This document shows, piece after piece, positions 49,589 through 59,597 of a stretch of DNA of 64,000 bases. Numbering within the stretch: position 1 is the stretch's first letter; the number at the start of each line of letters is the position of its first letter. The translations under genes were made by a program, and so were the position numbers. The notes beneath the pieces are model-generated. The model did no database searches and was not told where the DNA came from. It saw only the letters and a list, made by a program, of their open reading frames with translations. Source of the stretch: Erysipelotrichaceae bacterium (GTDB lineage Bacteria; Bacillota_I; Bacilli_A; RFN20; CAG-449); assembly GCA_015059045.1 (NCBI GenBank), contig SVBD01000001.1, positions 140 to 64,139 of the forward strand, written 5' to 3'.

Positions 49589-49941
49589 TGGAATGGGTAC
49601 AATTTGCCTTTGCAGCATTATTTATTTTAATTGGTGCAATTGTAATTGCTATTGGTGTTGTTGGATCACTTAAATACAAATATGTATTAAACCGTATGCA
49701 TTCTGCTGCATTACTTGATTCACTAGGAATCTTTATGATTTGTTTGGGTTCAGCTATTGCAAATGGCTTTGATTCTACTTCAATTAAAATTCTTTTCATT
49801 GCATTTGTATTATGGGTCACAAGTCCGATTTGTTCACACTTAATTGCAAAATTAGAATTTATTACTGATAAGAATTTGAAAGATGAAATTCTTAATGATT
49901 TAGAAGGAATAAAGGAGGATAATGACGATGATCGTATTTAA
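49588..49941 (+). CDS. mrpG: Na+/H+ antiporter subunit G
   Basis: NRMHSA..DSLG and SPICSH motifs. Confidence 0.9.
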   Translation: MEWVQFAFAALFILIGAIVIAIGVVGSLKYKYVLNRMHSAALLDSLGIFMICLGSAIANGFDSTSIKILFIAFVLWVTSPICSHLIAKLEFITDKNLKDEILNDLEGIKEDNDDDRI

Positions 49942-50218
49942 AATTTTATTGTTAGTTATCCTTGTAATTTGTGCAATTTCTGTTGCTTTTGTTAAGAACA
50001 ATTTAGCGGCAGTAGTTGTATACATGTCAAGTTCTTGTGTTATGACATTAGTGTGGATTTTATTAGAATCCCCAGACTTAGCTATTACAGAAGCTGCAGT
50101 AGGAGCTGGTATTACTAGTGTTCTGTTCTTTATTACTTTAAAGAAATTGCAGCTTATCGACACTACTTTAAACTCTATTAATTCTAAAAAGGAAGAGGGT
50201 GAATCAGATGAAAAATAA
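49922..50218 (+). CDS. DUF4040 / MbhD-like antiporter subunit
   Basis: SPDLAITEAAVGAG motif. Confidence 0.9.
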   Translation: MTMIVFKILLLVILVICAISVAFVKNNLAAVVVYMSSSCVMTLVWILLESPDLAITEAAVGAGITSVLFFITLKKLQLIDTTLNSINSKKEEGESDEK

Positions 50219-51086
50219 ATTGTTTGATGAAAACTTAGACCTTCTTGAAAAAGTTAGTGATGATGTTGAAATCGTTGAAGATAAAGTTGATGAAGATATT
50301 GTCATTATTCCTACAAAAACACGTAAAAAAGTAGAAAAAGGCGAAGAAAAAATCATGTATGGTTTATTCGCTGGATTAGCATTTTTATGCTTCTTAATGC
50401 TAATTGTTGTACTATTAGTTAGTGTAACTTATTTACCAATATTTGGTTCAAATGCTGATAACTTAACATTAAATGAAATTGTTAAAGAATATATCGAAAA
50501 TGGTATTGAACAAACTGGTGCGACAAACTTTGTAACAGGTATGATTTTAGATTATCGTGCTTTTGATACATTAGGTGAATCGTTCGTATTATTCTCATCT
50601 GTAACTTGCGTTATGATTCTTTTAGAAAAATTCCAAGATCCAGATGAACCTAAGATTGAAAAAATCAAATTATTCCATGATCCAATTTTACGTTATGGAG
50701 CAAGTATTATGGTTCCAATCATTTTTGTATTTGGTGGATATGTAATTCTTAATGGATCTATTTCTCCAGGTGGAGGATTCTCTGGTGGGGCTATTATGGG
50801 TGCAGGGTTGATCTTATACTCATTAGCATTTAGAGAAGAAAAAATTAAAAAATTATTTAATATTAAAACATTTAAAACAATTACATCTGTTTCATTATTA
50901 ACTTATTGTGGTTGTAAAGCAGTTTCCTTCTATACATCTGTAAATGGACCAGTTATCCATACATTTGGTATTCCTGGTGCTATTTTCTCAGGCGGATTTA
51001 TCTTTATTTTAAACTGCTGTGTAGGATTAGTTGTCGCATGTACAATGTTTGGCTTCTATCTATTATTTAAGAGAGGAGAAATTTAA
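50208..51086 (+). CDS. mrpB: Na+/H+ antiporter subunit B (MbhE+F-like fusion)
   Basis: NFVTGMILDYRAFDTLGE and SPGGGFSGG motifs. Start moved to ATG 50208. Confidence 0.9.
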   Translation: MKNKLFDENLDLLEKVSDDVEIVEDKVDEDIVIIPTKTRKKVEKGEEKIMYGLFAGLAFLCFLMLIVVLLVSVTYLPIFGSNADNLTLNEIVKEYIENGIEQTGATNFVTGMILDYRAFDTLGESFVLFSSVTCVMILLEKFQDPDEPKIEKIKLFHDPILRYGASIMVPIIFVFGGYVILNGSISPGGGFSGGAIMGAGLILYSLAFREEKIKKLFNIKTFKTITSVSLLTYCGCKAVSFYTSVNGPVIHTFGIPGAIFSGGFIFILNCCVGLVVACTMFGFYLLFKRGEI

Positions 51087-51088
51087 TT

Positions 51089-51472
51089 ATGGATTTACTT
51101 CTTTCACGTTATTTAGAAGCTGTTGCAATTATATTATTTGCTATTGGCTTCTCAATCCTATTATTTAATAGAAACTTAATGAAGAAAATCATGGGTCTTA
51201 ACATCATGGATACAGGTATGTATTTGCTTCTTGCTTCAATTGGTTATATTGAAGGATTAGACGCTCCAGTTGGTGGACCTAATGCAGAACATATTTATAC
51301 AGATTTTATTAACCCAATTCCAGCTGGTTTAGTATTAACTGGTATTGTTGTTTCTGTATCAGTTACTGCAATTATGTTAAGTTTAACTATTAGACTTTAT
51401 TCACGTTATCATACATTAAATCTTGATGAAATCTTTAGAAAGATTCAAAAAGATGAAGAAGAGGGGGAATAG
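51089..51472 (+). CDS. mrpC: Na+/H+ antiporter subunit C
   Basis: NLMKKIMGL and NPIPAGLVLTGIVV motifs. Confidence 0.92.
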   Translation: MDLLLSRYLEAVAIILFAIGFSILLFNRNLMKKIMGLNIMDTGMYLLLASIGYIEGLDAPVGGPNAEHIYTDFINPIPAGLVLTGIVVSVSVTAIMLSLTIRLYSRYHTLNLDEIFRKIQKDEEEGE

Positions 51473-51475
51473 AAT

Positions 51476-52981
51476 ATGGATTTTATTATTAATTTACCTC
51501 TCATTACTATCATTTTAGGATTTGTATTAGCAGTACTTACATCTTTCCTAAATGAAAAAATCTCTAGAATTTTAACCTTATGCTATGAAGTTATTGCAAC
51601 TGCATTTGGAATCATTTTGACAATTTATACAATGGATAAAGGTTATATTGAATACCAATTAGGTCACTTAACCGCACCATTCTGTAACCAAATTAGATTT
51701 GGTCCATATGAAAGCTTATTAGCAACTCTAGTTCCTACAGTTATGTTCTTAGCAATTATTGCTGGAAAACTTCATACTAAAAGAGATATTGTTCAACAAA
51801 AAGAACATTCGTTCTATACTTTATTAAATTTAATTTTATTAGCGATTCTTTCTATCATTTATACAGATGATATCTTTACAGGATTCGTATTCTTAGAAAT
51901 CTTAACTTTAGGAAGTATTGGAATTACCATGATTAAAAATCATGGTCGTCAAATCGCTGCAGCTTTAAGATATATGATCTTTAACTTATTAGGTTCAGGA
52001 TTATTCTTACTTGGTTGTATTTTCCTTTATGGTGAAACTGGCTATTTATCAATGTCTTATATTCAAGATGTTGTTACTGATTTGTTTGCACAAGGAAAAG
52101 GTGATTTTGGTTTAGTTATTACATTTACTTTAATTGTCACTGGTTTAGGTATTAAATCAGGATTATTCCCATTCTATTTCTGGATGGGTGATACATATGG
52201 AGGAAATACCACAACTGCAAGTAGTGTTCTTTCAGGCTTAATTTCAAAAGGATATATTATTTTAGCTATTAAAATGATTTATCGTGCATTTGGAATTGAC
52301 AATGTTATGCAAACTGAACTTCTAAATGTATTATTTGTTTTAGGTGCTTGTGGTATGATCTTTGGATCTGTTACTGCAATTAAACAAAAAGTATTAAATA
52401 AGATGGTTTCTTATTCTTCGGCTGCTCAAATTGGATATATCTATTTAGGAATTGGTTTAGGTCCAGCTGGTTTAATTGCTGCAACATTCCACATTATGAC
52501 TCACTCAATTTGTAAGTCCTTGTTATTTAGCTGTTCAAATAGATTAATTGATTGTTCTGGAAAGAAACGTAAGTTTGAAAACTTAAGAGGAGCAGGTCTT
52601 GTCGATAAAGTAGCAGGTGTTGGCTTTACAGTTGGTGCTTTATCAATGGTAGGATGTCCTTTCTTAGCAGGATTTGTCTCTAAATATTTATTTATTACTA
52701 ATTCGATGGTAGATATTTCAACTCCATGGTTATTAATTAGAGCAATAATTACAGTAATTGCATTATTAGGTTCAACTCTATTAAATACAATTTATTATTT
52801 AAGAACTGTAATTACAATTTACTCACCAGTTAAGAAAAATGAAGTTGAATTAGTTAGAAATAAATATGATGTAGGATTTGTTGTTTCTACATGCTTATTT
52901 ATCGCTTTAATTTTTGCATTAGGCTTATTCCCTTCAACAATAATTGAAATTATTGGTCAAGGAATAGGGCTATTAGGATAG
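51476..52981 (+). CDS. MrpD/NuoN-like proton-conducting subunit 1
   Basis: FVFLE, IKSGLFP, AAQIGY, HSICK and FVSK motifs. Confidence 0.92.
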   Translation: MDFIINLPLITIILGFVLAVLTSFLNEKISRILTLCYEVIATAFGIILTIYTMDKGYIEYQLGHLTAPFCNQIRFGPYESLLATLVPTVMFLAIIAGKLHTKRDIVQQKEHSFYTLLNLILLAILSIIYTDDIFTGFVFLEILTLGSIGITMIKNHGRQIAAALRYMIFNLLGSGLFLLGCIFLYGETGYLSMSYIQDVVTDLFAQGKGDFGLVITFTLIVTGLGIKSGLFPFYFWMGDTYGGNTTTASSVLSGLISKGYIILAIKMIYRAFGIDNVMQTELLNVLFVLGACGMIFGSVTAIKQKVLNKMVSYSSAAQIGYIYLGIGLGPAGLIAATFHIMTHSICKSLLFSCSNRLIDCSGKKRKFENLRGAGLVDKVAGVGFTVGALSMVGCPFLAGFVSKYLFITNSMVDISTPWLLIRAIITVIALLGSTLLNTIYYLRTVITIYSPVKKNEVELVRNKYDVGFVVSTCLFIALIFALGLFPSTIIEIIGQGIGLLG

Positions 52982-52990
52982 GAGATAATT

Positions 52991-54451
52991 ATGGAAGTAT
53001 TAATTTTAATCCCACTTATCCTTTGTATTGTTATGGGAATTTCTTTATATTTTGTTAAGTCAAATAAAAAGGTTTTAGATATTATGTTATTATCTACAAC
53101 CGCTGTAACATTTATTTTGGCGTTTGTCTTATTATTCGTTAATCAACCTTTAAGACTTGGATTATTCTCAATTACTAATGATCTAACAATTTTATTCAAA
53201 ATTGATGAAATTGGTAAAATCTTTGGTGCTTTATTTGCATTTATTTGGTTTGTAGTTTCAATTTTCTCAATTAAATATATGGATCATGAAGAAAATGTAA
53301 ATAAATTCTATGCATACACAGTATTAACTCTTTCATTTATGATTGGTTTAGCTTATGCAGGAAATTTATTAACTATGTATTTAGTATTTGAATTAGTTAC
53401 ATTATCTTCAATGCCACTTGTTATGCATTCAAAAACAAAAGAATCAAAGAGTGCTGCATTAAAATATTTATTCTACTCATTAGGTGGTGGATTCTTAGGT
53501 TTAATTGCAGTAGTTGCAGGAATTCATTTTTCTAGTAACTTTGGTGAATTTGTTTTTGGTGGTTCTTTAAATACAATTTCTAGTAGTGCATTACCTTTTG
53601 TTCAAATTGCATTATTATGTGGATTAATTGGGTTTGGGGCTAAAGCTGGTGTATTCCCATTACAAGCATGGCTTCCAACTGCTCACCCAGTTGCACCAAG
53701 TCCTGCTAGTGCTCTTTTATCTGGTGTAATTACTAAAGCTGGTGTAATTGTAATTATTAGATTAGTTCTTTATACATTTGGTTACTCATTTATGAAGGGA
53801 ACATATTTACAATATGTTTGGGAAACATTATTGTTGATTACAATTTTACTTGGTTCTACTTTAGCGTTATTACAAAAAACATTCAAAAGAAGACTTGCTT
53901 ATTCGTCTATTTCACAACTATCTTATGTTTTACTTGGAATTTGTTCGTTAACTGAAGTAGGATTCTATGGCTCAATTCTTCATGTATTATCTCACGCGAT
54001 GATAAAAGTTGGATTATTCCTAGTTGCAGGTTATTTAATTCATGAATTTGAAATTCATAGCGTTGATGAAATGGAAGGACTTGGTAAGAAATCACCAATT
54101 ACAATGTGGTGCTATACATTATTCTCAATTGCTTTAATTGGTGTTCCTCCAACTGGAGCATTCTTCTCTAAATGGTATTTAGCTCTTGGATCATTAGAAA
54201 GTGGATTAACTTTCTTTGATTACTTTGGAGCGGTTGTATTACTTATTTCTGCAATATTAACAGCAGTATACTTATTATCTATAAGCATTAAAGCATTCTT
54301 CCCTAAAGAGAAGAAAGAAGTTTCAAAAGTAAAAGAACCATTGTTAATGGTTATTCCTCTAATTATTCTTGTAGTTGGAGTATTTGTAGTTGGTATCTTC
54401 TCAACTCAAATTATTGAAATATTCATTTCAAGTGTATGGGAGGTGTTATAG
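52991..54451 (+). CDS. MrpD/NuoM-like proton-conducting subunit 2
   Basis: VFE, AKAGVFPLQAWLP, ASALLSG..TK and RRLAYSSISQ motifs. Confidence 0.92.
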   Translation: MEVLILIPLILCIVMGISLYFVKSNKKVLDIMLLSTTAVTFILAFVLLFVNQPLRLGLFSITNDLTILFKIDEIGKIFGALFAFIWFVVSIFSIKYMDHEENVNKFYAYTVLTLSFMIGLAYAGNLLTMYLVFELVTLSSMPLVMHSKTKESKSAALKYLFYSLGGGFLGLIAVVAGIHFSSNFGEFVFGGSLNTISSSALPFVQIALLCGLIGFGAKAGVFPLQAWLPTAHPVAPSPASALLSGVITKAGVIVIIRLVLYTFGYSFMKGTYLQYVWETLLLITILLGSTLALLQKTFKRRLAYSSISQLSYVLLGICSLTEVGFYGSILHVLSHAMIKVGLFLVAGYLIHEFEIHSVDEMEGLGKKSPITMWCYTLFSIALIGVPPTGAFFSKWYLALGSLESGLTFFDYFGAVVLLISAILTAVYLLSISIKAFFPKEKKEVSKVKEPLLMVIPLIILVVGVFVVGIFSTQIIEIFISSVWEVL

Positions 54452-54452
54452 T

Positions 54453-55907
54453 ATGCCAAGTTGGATTTTATTAATTATTGCTTTCTTACCAATTGTTGGT
54501 GGAGCATTAATTGGATTAATTAAAAATAATTTTAAATTAACAAAAATATTATCTTACGTAGTTGTAATATTAACTTCAATTGCAACTTGGTTAGCAATTT
54601 TCTTAATTAAAGAAGATAAATTCTTAATTTTAGAAATTGTGAAAAATTATGAAATTTGTTTAAAATTTGATAATTTTGGTAAAGTTTTTGCGGGAATGGT
54701 TTCAATTCTTTGGCCTCTTGCTTTGATGTATTCATTTGGATATATGAAACACGATGCTAGAAAACAAACATACAATATGTTCTATGTTATGACATTTGGT
54801 GTTGTTCTTGGTTTAGCGTTCTCTGAAAACTTATTAACAATGTTCTGTTTCTATGAAATGTTGACATTTATCACATTACCATTAATTGTTCATCCTGCTA
54901 CTTCAGAAGCTAGAAAAGCAGGTAGATTCTACCTTTACTTCTCATTATCTGGATCAAGTTTATCTTTAGTAGGTATGATTCTTATTACCTCATTCTTAGG
55001 AACAAATAGTTTTGAATTAGCATTTGGATCTACTGCATCGGCAAATATGTTATTCCAAATGGGTTACTTATTATGTTTCTTCGGATTTGGTGTAAAGAGT
55101 GCAATTTTCCCACTTCATTTCTGGTTACCAATGGCGGGTGCTGCGCCAACTCCAACAACAGCGTTATTACATGCCGTTGCAGTTGTTAAAGCAGGTTTAT
55201 TTGCATTATTAAGAGTTACATTCTATAATCGTGGTGCTTACTTTGTTGCGGGAACAGCAATTCAATATGTTGTTATGATTATTGCTTGTGTGACTATTAT
55301 TTATGGTTCTGCAAAAGCATTAAAAGAACAACATTTAAAACGTAGATTCGCTTATTCTACTATTTCAAATTTATCTTATATTGTTTTAGCATTATCCTTT
55401 ATGAATTATATTGGTTTAATTGCTGCATTAGTTCATCTAGTAATGCACTCTGTTACAAAGATTTGCCTATTCTTTGTATGTGGTGAAGTTATTGAAAATT
55501 CTGAAGCTAAATATGTCTATCAATTAGATGGATTCGCTAAAAAAATGCCTTTAACATTTGTTGCTTATACTTTAGCAGCTTGTTCTATTACTGGTGTTCC
55601 TCTATTTGCAGGATTCGTTTCTAAATATTATATCATTTCTGCGGGATTAGAATTAGGTAATGTTTTCTCATTAATTGGAGTAATCTGTTTGATTTTATCT
55701 GCAATTATGACTGCAGTTTATTCGCTACAAATTTCATTTAAAGCATTTGTAAATAAACCAAATCAACTTGGTGAAGAAGTTTATAAGCGCGCAAATGAAA
55801 AGAGTAAAGAAATGTTAATTCCAATTTGCGTATTTGCAATAGTCTGTGTAATTCTTGGTGTTAGTTCAACATGGTTTGTTGACTTACTAATGAATCTGTT
55901 TAATTAA
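54453..55907 (+). CDS. MrpD/NuoL-like proton-conducting subunit 3
   Basis: FYE, VKSAIFPLHFWLP, APTPTTALLHA and RRFAYSTIS motifs. Start moved to ATG 54453 behind GGAGG. Confidence 0.92.
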   Translation: MPSWILLIIAFLPIVGGALIGLIKNNFKLTKILSYVVVILTSIATWLAIFLIKEDKFLILEIVKNYEICLKFDNFGKVFAGMVSILWPLALMYSFGYMKHDARKQTYNMFYVMTFGVVLGLAFSENLLTMFCFYEMLTFITLPLIVHPATSEARKAGRFYLYFSLSGSSLSLVGMILITSFLGTNSFELAFGSTASANMLFQMGYLLCFFGFGVKSAIFPLHFWLPMAGAAPTPTTALLHAVAVVKAGLFALLRVTFYNRGAYFVAGTAIQYVVMIIACVTIIYGSAKALKEQHLKRRFAYSTISNLSYIVLALSFMNYIGLIAALVHLVMHSVTKICLFFVCGEVIENSEAKYVYQLDGFAKKMPLTFVAYTLAACSITGVPLFAGFVSKYYIISAGLELGNVFSLIGVICLILSAIMTAVYSLQISFKAFVNKPNQLGEEVYKRANEKSKEMLIPICVFAIVCVILGVSSTWFVDLLMNLFN

Positions 55908-55920
55908 AGGGGGTAGAAAT

Positions 55921-57936
55921 ATGAATTTATTTTTAGTTTTATTCTTAGTTTTATTCCCTCTATTAGGTGGAGTATTAGTATGGTTCTTAGGTAATAAATT
56001 ACCTAAATTTAGAGAAGTCTTTGCAATAAGTGTTAATGCTTTAGAATTAATCGCAATGATTTTATTGATTGTATTTAATATAGGAAGCTCATCTTTAATC
56101 ACATTAGATAAAATTTGTGGTATTGGATTAAGTTTTAAAGTTGGAACCTTTAATTTAATTTACGGTTTCTTGTCTGTATTTCTTTGGATGGTAACAATTA
56201 CTTTCTCAAAAGAATACATGCATCATTACCAAAATAAAGGAAGATATTACTTCTTCTATTTATTAACTTTAAGTGGTGTAATGGGAGTTTTCTTATCTGG
56301 AGATTTCATGACAACATTCATCTTCTTTGAAATTATGTCATTCTGTTCTTATCCATTAATCATTCATGATGAAAAAGAAGAAAGTAAAAAAGCTGGTTTA
56401 ACATATTTATCAATTGCTGTTATTTCCGGTATGATTCTATTAATGGGCTTATTTATTTTATACGCTCAACTTGGAACACTTAACTTTGATTTAATTAAAT
56501 CATTAACTCAAGGTCAACCACTAACTCTTCCAGTATTTGTCGGTGGCTTATTAGTATTTATTGGATTTGGTGCAAAGGCGGGTATGTATCCACTTCATAT
56601 TTGGTTACCAAAAGCTCACGCAGTTGCTCCTGCTCCTGCTAGTGCACTTTTATCAGGTATTATGACAAAGACTGGTGTCTTTGGAATTATTGTTCTTTGT
56701 AGTAATCTATTCTTCACTAGTGAACAATTTGCAACTATTTTATTGGTTATTGCTTTAATTACCATGGTTCTTGGAGCAGTATTAGCGTTATTTAGTGTTA
56801 ACTTAAAAAGAACTCTTGCTTGTTCTTCAATGTCACAAATTGGTTTTATACTAACTGGTTTAGCATTTATGTTATTACTTGGTGAACATGGAACATTAGG
56901 TGGATTAGGTGCTTTCTTACACATGATCAACCACTCATTTATTAAGTTAGTCTTATTTATGTGTGCGGGTGTAGTTGTAATGAACTTACATGCATTAAAC
57001 TTAAATGATATTCAAGGATTTGGCCGCAAGAAACCACTTCTTCTAGTATGTTTCTTAATTGGTGCTTTAGGTATTATGGGTATTCCTTTCTTTAATGGTT
57101 ACGTATCTAAAACAATGATTCATGAAGCGATCGTTGAATATATTGTTCATCATCACTTAGAAGGTGGAATGCTATTCTTATTTAAATCAATTGAGTACTT
57201 ATTCTTATTCTCAGGTGGATTAACAATTGCTTATATGCTTAAATTATTTGTTTGTCTATTTGTTGAAAAACATCCAACTAGACAAGAAGAATTTGATAAT
57301 ATGAAGAATTATTTATCTCCATTAAGTAAAGGTTTATTAATTCTTTCTTGTATTATGATTCCTGCAATTGGTATTTTACCAAATATGGTTCCACTTGCTT
57401 TAATTAATCATGCAAGCGAATTCTTTGGAGTTCATCATTTAGATCATAGTATCGCTTTCTTTAGTTGGACTAATTTAAAAGGTTCATTAATCTCTATTGC
57501 AATTGGTATTGCAGTATACTTCTTACTAGTAAGATTAGTATTTGAAAGTAAGAAACATGAGTATAAGGATTTATATCCAAGAGTATTAGATTTAGAAACT
57601 CTAGTGTATATTCCACTTCTAAAAGGTTTCTTCTATATGCTTGCTTATATTTTAAGAGTATTAGATTTATTCTTAGATGCAGTAGTTGCATTACTTAGAA
57701 AAACTGTTCTTAAATCTCATTCATACCATTTTGAGAAACATTCTCTTGCATATAGATTTGGTAATATGATTGATAAAAAGAAAGATGATGAATCACATAA
57801 ATATGCAGAAAAAGCAGATCAAATGTATAATGCAGTATTTATGGCTCAAAGAAATTTATCTAACTCATTCACATTTACTTTATCAATGTTGTGTCTAGGT
57901 ATAATTATCATTATCACATTTGTATTAATTTTCTAA
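55921..57936 (+). CDS. MrpA/D (NuoL/HyfB-like) proton-conducting subunit 4 with C-terminal extension
   Basis: FFE, AKAGMYPLHIWLP and SSMSQIG motifs; a long C-terminal amphipathic segment and a final TM. Confidence 0.92.
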   Translation: MNLFLVLFLVLFPLLGGVLVWFLGNKLPKFREVFAISVNALELIAMILLIVFNIGSSSLITLDKICGIGLSFKVGTFNLIYGFLSVFLWMVTITFSKEYMHHYQNKGRYYFFYLLTLSGVMGVFLSGDFMTTFIFFEIMSFCSYPLIIHDEKEESKKAGLTYLSIAVISGMILLMGLFILYAQLGTLNFDLIKSLTQGQPLTLPVFVGGLLVFIGFGAKAGMYPLHIWLPKAHAVAPAPASALLSGIMTKTGVFGIIVLCSNLFFTSEQFATILLVIALITMVLGAVLALFSVNLKRTLACSSMSQIGFILTGLAFMLLLGEHGTLGGLGAFLHMINHSFIKLVLFMCAGVVVMNLHALNLNDIQGFGRKKPLLLVCFLIGALGIMGIPFFNGYVSKTMIHEAIVEYIVHHHLEGGMLFLFKSIEYLFLFSGGLTIAYMLKLFVCLFVEKHPTRQEEFDNMKNYLSPLSKGLLILSCIMIPAIGILPNMVPLALINHASEFFGVHHLDHSIAFFSWTNLKGSLISIAIGIAVYFLLVRLVFESKKHEYKDLYPRVLDLETLVYIPLLKGFFYMLAYILRVLDLFLDAVVALLRKTVLKSHSYHFEKHSLAYRFGNMIDKKKDDESHKYAEKADQMYNAVFMAQRNLSNSFTFTLSMLCLGIIIIITFVLIF

Positions 57937-57961
57937 AAAGGTGCTTCGGCATCTTTTTTTT
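57936..57961 (+). terminator. Intrinsic terminator of the mrp-like operon
   Basis: AAAAGGTGC-TTCG-GCATCTTTTTTT. Confidence 0.85.
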
Positions 57962-58026
57962 GACCTAAAAAAATAAAGTATAAATTTTATGAATTATTTG
58001 ATAAGATATATAAAGAGGTGTAAAAG

Positions 58027-59595
58027 ATGAAATTATTTAAATTATTTAAAATAATTTTTATTACTTGTATATCATTAATCCTCACTAGTTGCGGATTAAT
58101 TGGTTTTGATAATTCAAGTATGGATTCGTCTTTTAATATTGAGGACTTAGGCGATTATGCGGGTCACAATATTACACTTTCAATGATTAATCAAGCTAGT
58201 GATATTAAAACTTTAGATTCTACAGGTGAACAAAACATTTTAGTTTTACCAGTTACTTTTAAAGATTATCCATTAAAATTAATGGGGTTAGAAGAAGAAA
58301 TTGTTATTTCTAACATTAATAAAGCATTTTTTGGAGAAACAAATCAAACTGGATTTGAATCAGTTAGATCATATTATAAAAAATCAAGTTATGATAAATT
58401 AATTTTAAATGGAGAAGTCGCTCCACTTTTTACATTAGATTTAACATTAAAAGAAGTTGTAAAATATAAATCAAATTCTGATTATTTTGATCCTTCTTAT
58501 GTTGTTTTAGAAAAAGCTTGTGAAAATTTTAAAGCTAATTATAAAGGTGATATTAGTAAATTTGATTTGGATAAAGATGGATATTTTGATGCTGTATGGG
58601 TAATGTATATTAACCCATATGTTGATGATGACACAACTAGTTGGTATAAACTTTATGATAAGAATTTTTATAATTCAAGTTATTATAATGAGGTACAAGA
58701 ATTACTTTGGGCATATACATATTGGGACTTTACTACAAAAGCAAATGTAAACTCTCTTCAACCTTTTGCTTATTGTTTTGCTTCGTATAGTTTTTTATGG
58801 GATAAAGCATATTATGATGCAGATGGTAATAAATTAGTTGATTCCCATACAATTATTCATGAAACAGGCCATTTATTAGGTTTAGATGATTATTATAACT
58901 ATGATTATGAACAAAATATAACCGCGCCAATTGGAGCAATTGATATGATGGATAATAATGTTGGCGATCACAATTCATATTCTAAATATCTATTAGAATG
59001 GCTAGAACCACAAATTGTTAAAAACGAAGGAACATATCATTTAGAACCACTTGGAAAAAGTCCAATGTGCTTATTAATTCCTGCGAGAATTGAAGAATTT
59101 AGTAATTCACCTTTTAATGAATATTTATTAATAGAATATTACACACCAGATTATTTAAATAAAAATGATTCATTAGATAAATATGATAATGGCATTATAA
59201 TGCCAAATGAAAATGGAGTAAGAGTATATCATATAGATTCTCGTTTAGGACTTTTTGAATGGTCATTACTTAGAAATGAATTTGTTTATAAAGGATTTAC
59301 AAATCAATATGTTAATACTGAAAATAAATATGTAAGTATTGCAACAAGTAATACTCCTTCATATTCTGCTTCTGGTTATAGATTAATTACTTTATTATCA
59401 TCATTTAAAAATACAAATAAAGCATATTATTATCAAGATCGAGTCAATAATATGGCGGACTCTCGTGATTTATATAAAGAAGGCGACACGATTAGTAAAT
59501 ATACTTTTAACTCAAATAATTCATTGAATTATAGTATAACTTTTACAAATATGAATAACGAAGGAGTAGATGTAGTTATTACATCTAATAATTAA
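58027..59595 (+). CDS. M6-family (immune inhibitor A-like) metalloprotease lipoprotein
   Basis: LTSC lipobox, SVRSYYKKSSY, FDLDKDGYFD, HETGHLLGLDDYY and EYLLIEYYTP motifs. Confidence 0.88.
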   Translation: MKLFKLFKIIFITCISLILTSCGLIGFDNSSMDSSFNIEDLGDYAGHNITLSMINQASDIKTLDSTGEQNILVLPVTFKDYPLKLMGLEEEIVISNINKAFFGETNQTGFESVRSYYKKSSYDKLILNGEVAPLFTLDLTLKEVVKYKSNSDYFDPSYVVLEKACENFKANYKGDISKFDLDKDGYFDAVWVMYINPYVDDDTTSWYKLYDKNFYNSSYYNEVQELLWAYTYWDFTTKANVNSLQPFAYCFASYSFLWDKAYYDADGNKLVDSHTIIHETGHLLGLDDYYNYDYEQNITAPIGAIDMMDNNVGDHNSYSKYLLEWLEPQIVKNEGTYHLEPLGKSPMCLLIPARIEEFSNSPFNEYLLIEYYTPDYLNKNDSLDKYDNGIIMPNENGVRVYHIDSRLGLFEWSLLRNEFVYKGFTNQYVNTENKYVSIATSNTPSYSASGYRLITLLSSFKNTNKAYYYQDRVNNMADSRDLYKEGDTISKYTFNSNNSLNYSITFTNMNNEGVDVVITSNN

Positions 59596-59597
59596 AT

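Noticed and set aside
1052-57691. Short ORFs overlapping long genes (e.g. 1052-1261, 7862-8119, 13784-14101, 23406-23741, 24159-24752, 27234-27596, 56616-56930)
   Set aside because: They are antisense or off-frame shadows of well-supported genes with no motifs; the longest mirror the lipoprotein repeats.
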